Of a stretch of DNA of 64,000 nt, positions 20,154 to 28,606 are shown one piece after another. A model generated the notes under the pieces. It was not told where the DNA came from and made no database searches. It worked only from the letters and a program-made list of their open reading frames with translations. The translations under genes were made by a program, and so were the position numbers. This DNA is from an uncultured SAR86 cluster bacterium (GTDB lineage: Bacteria; Pseudomonadota; Gammaproteobacteria; Magnimaribacterales; AG-339-G14). Positions within the stretch are counted from its first letter, which is position 1. Each line of letters starts with the position of its first letter. The stretch is from contig CABZTA010000001.1 in assembly GCA_902528485.1 (NCBI GenBank), positions 22,955 through 86,954 of the forward strand, in the 5' to 3' direction.

Positions 20154-21275
20154 ATGAATTTAATTGAATTTACACAAAAATTATTACGAATACAATCAAT
20201 TACTCCTAGAGATAACGGTTGTTTTGATTTAATTGAACCAGAATTAAAGGATATGGGTTTCTTAACTAAAAGAATCAATTACTTGAACGTTGAAAACCTA
20301 TATGCAGAAATTGGCTCTGGTGAGAATTTTTGTTTTCTTGGACATACCGATGTAGTTCCTACTGGGCCAGTTGAATCATGGTCATGCGATCCATTCGCAG
20401 CAGAAGTTAAAGGAAATGTGATTACTGCAAGAGGTGCTGCAGATATGAAAAGTAGTATCTCTGCTTTTTTATTTGCCCTTAAAGATATTGATCTTACTAA
20501 GAATAGAAAAAAATTATCCATATTGCTTACCTCCAATGAAGAAGGAGATGCTAAGGATGGAACCATTGAAAAGGTCTTAGAAGATTTAAAACGATCTAAT
20601 AATTCAATTAATTACTGTTTAGCCGGTGAGCCTTCTTCAAAAAATAAACTTGGAGATACAGTAAGAATTGGCAGGAGAGGATCTCTATCTGGATCATTAA
20701 CAATAATTGGAAAACAAGGTCACGTAGCCTACCCTAGAGACGTCATAAACCCTATTATGATCTCTGGTGGGATTATAAAAGAACTTTCAGAAAAACAGTG
20801 GGATCAAGGAAATGAAAATTTTCCTCCAACATCCTTTCAGATATCTAATATAAATGCCGGCACAGGAGCTAAAAATGTTGTTCCGGGAGATTTGAAGATT
20901 GAATTTAACTTCAGATTCTCTCCAGAAATAACAGAAGATGAAATAAAAGCAGAAGTAGTTAAAGTTATTGAAGAAAATATCAAAAACTACGAGTTAGTTT
21001 GGGAGCTTAATGCAAAACCCTTTTATACAGATAAACCTTTTCTAAGAAATATTGTTACAAAATCAATTAAAAAGATTACCGGTATAAAAACTATTGAAGA
21101 CACCGGCGGAGGCACATCCGATGGAAGATTCATGCACCCGCATGGAGCTGAAGTTGTTGAGTTAGGACCTATCAATGCCTCAATCCATAAAATTGATGAA
21201 CACATAGATGTTAATCACTTGGAAATTCTGAAAAATATTTATAAAGATATTTTGACTAGCTACATTGATAGCTAA
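20154..21275 (+). CDS. dapE: succinyl-diaminopimelate desuccinylase
   Basis: M20 peptidase ([23 protein letters not shown]). The ATG at 20154 ([11 protein letters not shown]...) is preferred over the TTG at 20124. Confidence 0.85.
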   Translation: MNLIEFTQKLLRIQSITPRDNGCFDLIEPELKDMGFLTKRINYLNVENLYAEIGSGENFCFLGHTDVVPTGPVESWSCDPFAAEVKGNVITARGAADMKSSISAFLFALKDIDLTKNRKKLSILLTSNEEGDAKDGTIEKVLEDLKRSNNSINYCLAGEPSSKNKLGDTVRIGRRGSLSGSLTIIGKQGHVAYPRDVINPIMISGGIIKELSEKQWDQGNENFPPTSFQISNINAGTGAKNVVPGDLKIEFNFRFSPEITEDEIKAEVVKVIEENIKNYELVWELNAKPFYTDKPFLRNIVTKSIKKITGIKTIEDTGGGTSDGRFMHPHGAEVVELGPINASIHKIDEHIDVNHLEILKNIYKDILTSYIDS

Positions 21276-21360
21276 TCCTTCCTTATTCATTTAGGGTATA
21301 TATATCTAATTAATAGAATAAATATTTTATCTATAACCTAAAGATATATATTATGAGTTC

Positions 21361-22002
21361 ATGAAAAACGCACCTTTCGAAAAAACTATTGGATTTACCG
21401 ATCAAGAAAGTACTCATAAGCACCCATATGGTTTGAGTGACAGATCGGCATATTTAATAACCAGAGCATTAAGAATTGCTGCGGACCTTTTTTTTAGAAA
21501 AAGATATGGGCATAGAGCAGTTGTATTAGAGACTGTAGCTGCTGTCCCAGGAATGGTTGCTGGGATGCTCCATCATTTCAAGAGTCTGCGTAGCATGACA
21601 GATGATGATGGTATCATTAAGGAACTATTAGACGAGGCTGAGAACGAGAGAATGCATCTCATGACCTTTATAGAAATTTCAAAACCTACTCTATTTGAAA
21701 GACTTCTTGTTTTATCTGCACAGATCGTTTTCGCAACTTTTTACTTTCTCCTATATGTTTTTTTTAGGGGAACAGCCCATCGAATGATAGGCTATTTTGA
21801 GGAAGAAGCAGTGACTTCTTACACAGAATTCCTAGACGAAATTGATAAAGGCACTATTGAAAACGTGGCAGCTCCTAAGATTGCGATTGATTATTGGAAA
21901 CTAGGAAATAACGCCACCCTCAGAGATGTTGTCGTGGCCGTAAGAAACGATGAAGCTGGTCATCGTGATAAGAACCACGAAATAGCCGATAATTTATTGT
22001 AA
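21361..22002 (+). CDS. aox: alternative oxidase (cyanide-insensitive ubiquinol oxidase, di-iron carboxylate)
   Basis: 213 aa with all four AOX iron-binding motifs: [35 protein letters not shown]. Confidence 0.9.
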   Translation: MKNAPFEKTIGFTDQESTHKHPYGLSDRSAYLITRALRIAADLFFRKRYGHRAVVLETVAAVPGMVAGMLHHFKSLRSMTDDDGIIKELLDEAENERMHLMTFIEISKPTLFERLLVLSAQIVFATFYFLLYVFFRGTAHRMIGYFEEEAVTSYTEFLDEIDKGTIENVAAPKIAIDYWKLGNNATLRDVVVAVRNDEAGHRDKNHEIADNLL

Positions 22003-22078
22003 TGGAGCGAGTAACGGGGTTCGAACCCGTGGCCTCGACCTTGGCAAGGTCGCGCTCTACCAGCTGAGCTATACTCGC
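22003..22078 (-). tRNA. tRNA-Gly (GCC)
   Basis: The reverse complement folds as a cloverleaf: acceptor GCGAGTA/TACTCGC, anticodon arm CGACC-TTGCCAA-GGTCG, T arm ACGGG-TTCGAAC-CCCGT. CCA is encoded. Close to E. coli tRNA-Gly(GCC). Confidence 0.93.
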
Positions 22079-22224
22079 GAAAGATATTTCAATTTACCTA
22101 TATAACACAGCCTTTTCAAGCTATATCATTAACTATTTAATTTCAGTTATTTAAATTGAAAATATAGTAGTTTTACTTATAATTAAATTTCCTAATTTTC
22201 ATTATTAACCTTACTAATAAATAG

Positions 22225-23142
22225 ATGAGCAGCATTAAATTATTCAAATCAGCGCAAGCTTTAATTAAGCATGAATCCTTTGGAAAAGCTTCCAAAAGTA
22301 TTGGCCTTACTCAATCCGCACTGAGTCAAAACATAAAAAAATTAGAAAATCATTACGGAGTCAAATTCTTTCAAAGAGAGAATGGTAAAACTAAACCTAC
22401 CGTGTACGGGCAGATGCTACTTTCTCTTACAGATGAAATAGTTGATATTGAGGATAAGATAGTTAATCAAATAAGTTTGATAAATAATTCAGATGCAGGC
22501 TTATTGAAAATTGGTTTGGACCCTTACCTCTCTGGAACTATCCTTGAACCCGTAATTTCTGAAATGATGGGAATATATCCAGATATCAAATATAGATTCT
22601 TTTATCTCTCAACCTATTCCGGCGTTGCTCAGCTAAAAGAAAATAAATTCGATATATTAATTAGTTTTGACGAACGTGAGTATCGACTAAATTCAAATAA
22701 AAATTTAGATACTTTGGATGTGATTCCTATAAAAATTAATCCACCAAAATTTTATGCTAGAGAAGATCATGAGATTTTTAATGAAAATGTAATATCAATC
22801 GAAAAGATTTTTGATCACAATATTTATACAACACTACCTCCAGCATGGTTTCACAATTTTTATGAAAAGGAAGTTGGAGAGGACATACCTTATTCTCATA
22901 TTGTTGATAAAGTCTCTCTAGTTTCAGCTGATCAAAATCTACATTTGAGAATGGTCGAAAAAGGAAATGGCGTAGGAATTTTTTATGAATTCGATTTACT
23001 TAACTCAAAAGAGCAACTTAAAACTATCCCGATTAGAAATTATCCGGAAAAGCTCAATGCGATGATCGCTATAAATTCAAAGTGGGTAAAACCGCAAATA
23101 GCAAAAATTTTCTTAGAAATGGTTTCTACTAGATTTAGCTAA
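22225..23142 (+). CDS. LysR-family transcriptional regulator
   Basis: 305 aa with N-terminal wHTH (SFGKASKSIGLTQSALSQNIKKLE) and a LysR substrate-binding-type C-terminal region. Confidence 0.8.
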   Translation: MSSIKLFKSAQALIKHESFGKASKSIGLTQSALSQNIKKLENHYGVKFFQRENGKTKPTVYGQMLLSLTDEIVDIEDKIVNQISLINNSDAGLLKIGLDPYLSGTILEPVISEMMGIYPDIKYRFFYLSTYSGVAQLKENKFDILISFDEREYRLNSNKNLDTLDVIPIKINPPKFYAREDHEIFNENVISIEKIFDHNIYTTLPPAWFHNFYEKEVGEDIPYSHIVDKVSLVSADQNLHLRMVEKGNGVGIFYEFDLLNSKEQLKTIPIRNYPEKLNAMIAINSKWVKPQIAKIFLEMVSTRFS

Positions 23143-23188
23143 ACAAAACTCTCTTGAAATCATTGATAGCTAAATACAAATTCATTAA

Positions 23189-23926
23189 ATGAAAATTAAA
23201 AAAATTGATGATTATCAGTCTTGGTATATTGAGTCTGAAGATACAGCATTAATTATTGACCCTTGGCTGGATAAGGTAATGCAACCTAAATCTAATTTCT
23301 TTATAAATCGTGCCAGAGAAGAAAACGCCCTCATCACTGATGAGATGATCGACAAAGTAGCGTGTATTTTGATAAGCGCTCCTTTTGAAGATCATTTTCA
23401 TGAAAAAAGTTTGAAGAGATTTGATCCAAGTACGCTTGTCTTAACCAGCAAACCTTCCGTTAAAAAATTAAAGAAACTGGGGTTTACTAATATTGAAGTT
23501 TTAAAATCCGGTATTCAAAAAAATATAGGCGATCTTGAGATAAAAGCTCATGATGCCGGCTTTCCATATAATTATCTTTGGACTTTTAGCTTTGAGATAA
23601 TCCAAGGAGAAAAAGTTTTATATTTTGAAAGTCATGTTGATAAACCTTCTCGCATCAGACAAAAAGGTCTAAAGGCCGATTGTGCTATCTTAACAACCGA
23701 GGAAGTGAAAATTCTCGGCCTGTTGCCCCTATCAAATTCTTCAGAAGCTACTCTCAAAATATTAGAAGAACTAGAATGCAAAAATATAATGATCCAAGGT
23801 TCAGATCCTTCAGAAACAAAAGGTTTAATTAGTTATTTTTTAAAGATAGGTGAAGAGAATCTTGAGCTATTTTCAAATAATGGAATCAAAGCTTTTAAGG
23901 AAGCTGGTTCTGAGGTAACGATATAA
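23189..23926 (+). CDS. hypothetical protein, MBL-fold-like with degenerate metal motif
   Basis: 245 aa. ALIIDPW...ILISAPFEDHFH resembles COG2220-type metallo-beta-lactamase fold, but the HxHxDH motif is not intact. Confidence 0.4.
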   Translation: MKIKKIDDYQSWYIESEDTALIIDPWLDKVMQPKSNFFINRAREENALITDEMIDKVACILISAPFEDHFHEKSLKRFDPSTLVLTSKPSVKKLKKLGFTNIEVLKSGIQKNIGDLEIKAHDAGFPYNYLWTFSFEIIQGEKVLYFESHVDKPSRIRQKGLKADCAILTTEEVKILGLLPLSNSSEATLKILEELECKNIMIQGSDPSETKGLISYFLKIGEENLELFSNNGIKAFKEAGSEVTI

Positions 23927-23956
23927 AAAAAACCCCAGCAATGCTGGGGTTTTTTT
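23925..23956. terminator. bidirectional rho-independent terminator
   Basis: A8-CCCCAGC-aat-GCTGGGG-T7 lies between convergent genes (MBL-like gene and proteorhodopsin). Confidence 0.7.
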
Positions 23957-23968
23957 AGCTAACAAATG

Positions 23969-24676
23969 TTAAGCGTGACTGGTGCTTGCTTCTTTATCTT
24001 TCATAGCAGCAGCCCATATTGCTAAACCGAAGGCAGCTTTGTTAATCAAATCTGCAAGGTTATAAACAATGTTAAGAGCATCTTCATTTAGTCCATCTCC
24101 GAAATAACCCCAAGCGTATCCAATCGGGTAGATAGCCCACCCAATAGTCACAATCCACTTGATTGTATTAAAGGCTTGTTGACTAGCAGCATTACCACTA
24201 CTCGCATTAGCCTTCGCAGTTTCACCAGCAAAAATTTCATAAATGATGTAAAGCCAAGCAATCATTCCAACAATCCACCATACTACGACATCGCCTAAAC
24301 CAGCTTCACCGATGAAACCACCGATAAGCATGACTAGAGAAGCAATAAGGAGTTTCCAGAAAACAGCTGAACTAATAGCAGTAACCGCAGCGATAATTAA
24401 ATAAAATTCAATTATTTGTAGCGGTACAGTAATTAACCAGTCAATGTACCTGAAAACTGTTGGAGTCTCACCTGCGTAAATCCAGACACCTCTCATATAG
24501 AGGTAGTGCCAAAAAGCTACACCCGTAACCAAACCAGCAACCGTCAAAGATGTTTTCCATTTTACTGGCACGTCTGATCTCTCTACAAAAAAGAAAACAG
24601 TCGAAGCTAACATTATTGCGGCAGCTAACCAAAACGATATACCTACGTAATCGTCAACAGCTAATATTTCTCCCAT
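23969..24676 (-). CDS. proteorhodopsin, blue-absorbing type (Gln at tuning position 105)
   Basis: 235 aa, 7 TM. RYIDWLITVPLQIIEF gives D97/T101/E108 and Q105 (GPR numbering, by-eye alignment). H75 lies in FWHYLYM and the Schiff-base Lys in NLADLINKAAFGL. AGGTGA Shine-Dalgarno lies upstream. Confidence 0.95.
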   Translation of the reverse strand: MGEILAVDDYVGISFWLAAAIMLASTVFFFVERSDVPVKWKTSLTVAGLVTGVAFWHYLYMRGVWIYAGETPTVFRYIDWLITVPLQIIEFYLIIAAVTAISSAVFWKLLIASLVMLIGGFIGEAGLGDVVVWWIVGMIAWLYIIYEIFAGETAKANASSGNAASQQAFNTIKWIVTIGWAIYPIGYAWGYFGDGLNEDALNIVYNLADLINKAAFGLAIWAAAMKDKEASTSHA

Positions 24677-24753
24677 AATTCACCTATTATAATAAGTTAA
24701 AATTTATATATAAATTAATATTACTAGATTCTGCCAAAATAATTCATAAAAAT

Positions 24754-26124
24754 CTAGTTTAGAGCATTTACCCATCTGCCAGATTTAAAGCGCAAAGTAA
24801 ATAAAATACCCTTAGCCAAATAATCTGCTATCAGAGAAGCAAATACTACTTCAACTGGCATATTGAGGATTAAAAATAAAAATGCGAATACCAGCCTGAA
24901 GCAAATCAGGCCAATCATAGTGATGATTAAAGGCGATTTGGTATCGCCAGCGCCTCTTAAAGCTCCACCTAGTGAAAATTCTATCCCCATAAGCGGTTGG
25001 ATGAGTGCAAAAATCCACAGAAAAATTACGGTCAACCTGATAACTTCTTGGTCGTCTATGAAATAACCAGAAATAGGTTTAGAAAATAAAGCAATTATTA
25101 TCCCTACAAGAGTCATTGAAAAGACAGTCAATCTTGCTGATTTCCAACCGCTTCTTCTAGCTTCTACGGGATTTTCTGCTCCTAAGTATTGTCCAGTTAA
25201 AGTAGCTCCTGCTATAGAGAAGCCATGGCCTATCATAAAACTAATCATTAAAATATTTATAGCCACATTGTATGCAGCAATTGGCTCGTTCCCGTAAATA
25301 GATATGATCCAAAAATAAGCAAGAAGGCCGAAATTAAAAACAACCGATTCTATGCCTGCAGGTACTGAGATAATGATCAACTGCTTTAGTCTCTCAAAGG
25401 TATAGAACTTCATCGAGGGCATTGGAATGACGATCTTATTGCTTATCCAAATAGCGATAGATAAGATGGATCCTATAGTAAAAGAAATACCCCATGCATA
25501 GGCTGCTCCAATTACGCCCAGTGCCTCGAAGCCAAATTGACCATTTACCAAAGCTATTAAGAGAAACACATTAATAATATTTACAATTAGATTTATGATG
25601 AGAGGAGTTATCACATCTCCAGCTGCTCTTAGAGAAGCGCCAACTATAAACATGATTGCAAATCCTGGAACAAAAGATAAAGAGATTTGCAGGTAATCAA
25701 CGGCTAATTTACGGCTTAGCTCATCGAGACCAAAAGCTCCTATTATTTCTTCTCCAAATATCCAAAAAATTAAGGCTGAAGACACACCAAAGAAAATAGC
25801 TACTATTGTTGACAGAAGCGTAACCTCAGCAGCTTCGTTGGACTTATTAGCACCGATGGCTCGAGCTACTAAAGCATGTGTTCCTGTTGCTGTGGCCATG
25901 AGAACTGCCTGTAAAAAAAAGAAAATTCTTTGTCCTGTCCCTACAGCCGCCACTGCCTCAGTGCCCAATGCCCCAACTGCTTTAAGAGCGACAATGCTTA
26001 CAAAAGCAAAAAGAATATTATTTAGTATTGATGGCCAAGCTAAACCCCATACGGATAGTGTCTCAGGACTAGAAGGAGAATCTACAGCTTCTTCATGATC
26101 AAGTCTTTCATCGAGTTCTTTCAA
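24754..26124 (-). CDS. MATE-family efflux transporter
   Basis: 456 aa, 12 TM, MATE-like repeats (NorM/DinF type). Confidence 0.85.
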   Translation of the reverse strand: MKELDERLDHEEAVDSPSSPETLSVWGLAWPSILNNILFAFVSIVALKAVGALGTEAVAAVGTGQRIFFFLQAVLMATATGTHALVARAIGANKSNEAAEVTLLSTIVAIFFGVSSALIFWIFGEEIIGAFGLDELSRKLAVDYLQISLSFVPGFAIMFIVGASLRAAGDVITPLIINLIVNIINVFLLIALVNGQFGFEALGVIGAAYAWGISFTIGSILSIAIWISNKIVIPMPSMKFYTFERLKQLIIISVPAGIESVVFNFGLLAYFWIISIYGNEPIAAYNVAINILMISFMIGHGFSIAGATLTGQYLGAENPVEARRSGWKSARLTVFSMTLVGIIIALFSKPISGYFIDDQEVIRLTVIFLWIFALIQPLMGIEFSLGGALRGAGDTKSPLIITMIGLICFRLVFAFLFLILNMPVEVVFASLIADYLAKGILFTLRFKSGRWVNALN

Positions 26125-26127
26125 TTT

Positions 26128-27687
26128 TTATCCTTCTAGCCATTTAGATAGATAAAAAGAAAAATCTTCAGGATTTTTTGCTCTTGCCGTAGTCCAATCG
26201 GAAATGAATGGGGTATTCATCACGTTTTCTTCCTTGTCTATGATTAGCACCGTTGGAACTCCATATAACTTCTCAATACCAAACCTCTCTGGAATATGAA
26301 GGTTTTTATCAAACCGGCCTACATCAATGTGTTCTACTACATAATTATCTTCTAGAAGAGCTTGAACCGAATTATTTTTGAGCATTCCTGCTAAAACCCT
26401 GCAGTCCGGACACCAGTTCCCCCCCAGAATCAAAAGGAGTTTCTTTTTGGAACTCAACTTGGAAAGAGCTTGAGTAATTAATAAATCAGCGTCTGCATTC
26501 TCATCGTAAGGTTCCCTCGGAACAACTATTGATTTAGGATTCTTTAAATAAAAGGAAGTTATTCCATCAGGAGTAACAACTTCAAGATTTTTTATTGGAC
26601 TAACTTCTATTAACTTGCCGCTAGGACCATCTGTTAAAAGAATTAAGTTTCCATTTGGACTTTCTATCAAATTTCTAAAACGGAAATTAAGTTCTGTAAA
26701 AATATCTTCCTCTAAGATGTTATCTCTAGATAAATCAACTCGGGTGACTTTTTTTGCTTTTAAAGCTGAAATCAGGAGGGAATTTTTCCACTGAGGAAAA
26801 GCTTCACCTTTGTATTCAATCATCCCAGAAGGTGCAATTGATGGAACCCAATATTTGATAGGTTGTTCCATTCCTTCCATTTCAGTAAAAGGTGAAATAA
26901 CAGCACCAGAATAATCTCTTCCAAATGTAATGGCTGGCCATCCGTAATTTTTTCCAGGTTGAATTACATTAATCTCATCTCCTCCAAAAGGTCCGTGTTC
27001 GTGTTCGATAATGTTGCCATTAGATGCAATGATTAAACCTTGAGGATTTCGATGACCATATGAATAAATTTCATTAAGAGCTTCATTGTTTGCCAAGAAA
27101 GGATTATCTTCAGGAATGGAACCATCCTGATTGATTCGAATCAGTTTTCCAAAATGGTTATCTAAGTATTGTGCATCTTCTCTATGATCGAAACCGTCTC
27201 CACTCGAAATTAAAATAGTATCATCGGGTAAAAATAAAATTTTTGCTCCGTAATGGGCACCGGTTTTTCTATTGGCGACAGCCCTAAAAATCTCGTTTAC
27301 ATCCTCTAGAGCAAAATTTTCTTTATTTAGAATTGCTGATGAAATGGCAAGAGTATTAGTTCCGTTATTATTCAAAGATGTGAACGAAAAAAAAATTTTG
27401 TTATCTTCTTTGAATGATGGGCTTATTTTGATATCTGATAGCCCGCCTTGGCTACGATAATAAATTTCGGGCAAACCACTTATTTCTTTAAACTCTTTGG
27501 ATGAAATATTGAAATAATTGAGTTTCCCAATTTTTTCAGTAAATAAAATCTCATCGTCGGAAATGAAGTCTATCCCCCAAGGATGACTTAGATCGCTTAA
27601 AAGAGTTTTTGTTTCGTAATTTTCATCCTGCGAGAATATCGTTAAAGAATTTATGAGAATAAAAAAATAAAATAATTTTTTGAGCAT
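26128..27687 (-). CDS. periplasmic PQQ-dependent sugar (sorbosone/glucose) dehydrogenase fused to a C-terminal thioredoxin-like domain
   Basis: 519 aa with signal peptide. Beta-propeller motifs LSHPWGIDF, HRNPQGL, EHGPFGGDEIN, GKNYGWP are present. The C-terminal roughly 125 aa carry GGNWCPDC (26401..26418) and GVPTVLIID. Confidence 0.8.
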   Translation of the reverse strand: MLKKLFYFFILINSLTIFSQDENYETKTLLSDLSHPWGIDFISDDEILFTEKIGKLNYFNISSKEFKEISGLPEIYYRSQGGLSDIKISPSFKEDNKIFFSFTSLNNNGTNTLAISSAILNKENFALEDVNEIFRAVANRKTGAHYGAKILFLPDDTILISSGDGFDHREDAQYLDNHFGKLIRINQDGSIPEDNPFLANNEALNEIYSYGHRNPQGLIIASNGNIIEHEHGPFGGDEINVIQPGKNYGWPAITFGRDYSGAVISPFTEMEGMEQPIKYWVPSIAPSGMIEYKGEAFPQWKNSLLISALKAKKVTRVDLSRDNILEEDIFTELNFRFRNLIESPNGNLILLTDGPSGKLIEVSPIKNLEVVTPDGITSFYLKNPKSIVVPREPYDENADADLLITQALSKLSSKKKLLLILGGNWCPDCRVLAGMLKNNSVQALLEDNYVVEHIDVGRFDKNLHIPERFGIEKLYGVPTVLIIDKEENVMNTPFISDWTTARAKNPEDFSFYLSKWLEG

Positions 27688-27737
27688 ATTGAGGAATAAA
27701 TATAAAATCGGATTCTCTCACAAAATACTTACTGAAA

Positions 27738-28184
27738 GTGAAAATCTTTTTTAAAAATTTGATCATATATCTAACATCTTTAGCTTTACTTACGATTCTT
27801 ATAGTTCCAATTACAAGTACATCAAACCTAATTTGGCTAAGTTCCATGGAGATGCCGGTTGGATTAATCGAGGTTTTTTCCGTTTTACTTGCGGACCTTC
27901 TAAATCTTGGAATTATTTTATTTTTAATTCTTCTGCTGCCTTTCGGCTTAGGCCTAATTATCTCAAAATACACAATTAAATTTATCCCCTTACCTGCCAG
28001 TATTTGGTATTTCTTTATTTCGTCTTTAATTATGTGGCTGGTATTGATAAGTACAGTTGAATTTCTTTATCAAACAGAAGTAATCGCAGGTAACAGAACT
28101 TCCCTGGGAACATTTCTACATGTCATGGCGGGAGGTATAGCAGGTAGTGTTTTTTATAATTTAAGATATAGAATGTTTGTATGA
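27738..28184 (+). CDS. hypothetical membrane protein
   Basis: 148-aa ORF (GTG start) with about 4 TM segments. No family recognised. Confidence 0.45.
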   Translation: MKIFFKNLIIYLTSLALLTILIVPITSTSNLIWLSSMEMPVGLIEVFSVLLADLLNLGIILFLILLLPFGLGLIISKYTIKFIPLPASIWYFFISSLIMWLVLISTVEFLYQTEVIAGNRTSLGTFLHVMAGGIAGSVFYNLRYRMFV

Positions 28185-28606
28185 AGAATAAGTTTGTCAT
28201 TAGATTGCTCTCATTAGTTCCTTGCATTTTGCTTGGTCTTGTTGCTTATCAATGGTTTATTGACCCAAGTGGAACTGCTGCAGGCTTCGGAATTAGTTAC
28301 GATGCTCTTTCAGATCAAGGAAAAAATTCAATTTATAGGGATTACATTGCCCTTTTTAGCGGCACTGCAGTCTTCTGCTTGTTCTCTTTTCTTAGTTTCA
28401 GAGCTTCTTGGTTGGTAGCCTGCGGTCTTATTTACTCAATCGCTCTTGGATTAAATATTTATCATGTCTTGTATCATGGAAGCGAAGTTACATCCCAATT
28501 ATTTATTGAAGTAGCACTTTCTATTTGGATTCTCGGTACTGCCATTTTAATGAAAAATGCATCGACAAATAAGGTTATGAAAGAGCCTAAAGTTGATACT
28601 GAATAG
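28181..28606 (+). CDS. hypothetical small membrane protein (DUF4345-like?)
   Basis: 141 aa, 4 TM, with a 4-nt overlap to the upstream gene. Confidence 0.5.
   Translation: MKNKFVIRLLSLVPCILLGLVAYQWFIDPSGTAAGFGISYDALSDQGKNSIYRDYIALFSGTAVFCLFSFLSFRASWLVACGLIYSIALGLNIYHVLYHGSEVTSQLFIEVALSIWILGTAILMKNASTNKVMKEPKVDTE

Noticed and set aside
21276-24753. tRNA-Gly-anchored genomic island carrying aox and/or proteorhodopsin
   Set aside because: I found no integrase and no direct repeat of the tRNA 3' end in the flanks (21276-21360 or 22079-22224, 24677-24753). There is also no obvious compositional break by eye.
27623-27973. 116-aa minus-strand ORF
   Set aside because: It overlaps the 5' end of the PQQ-dehydrogenase gene and the divergent membrane-protein gene. 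It has no supporting signal.
28233-28418. 61-aa alternative-frame ORF inside the 28181..28606 gene
   Set aside because: It is on the same strand in a different frame within a longer, TM-rich ORF. The longer ORF is preferred.
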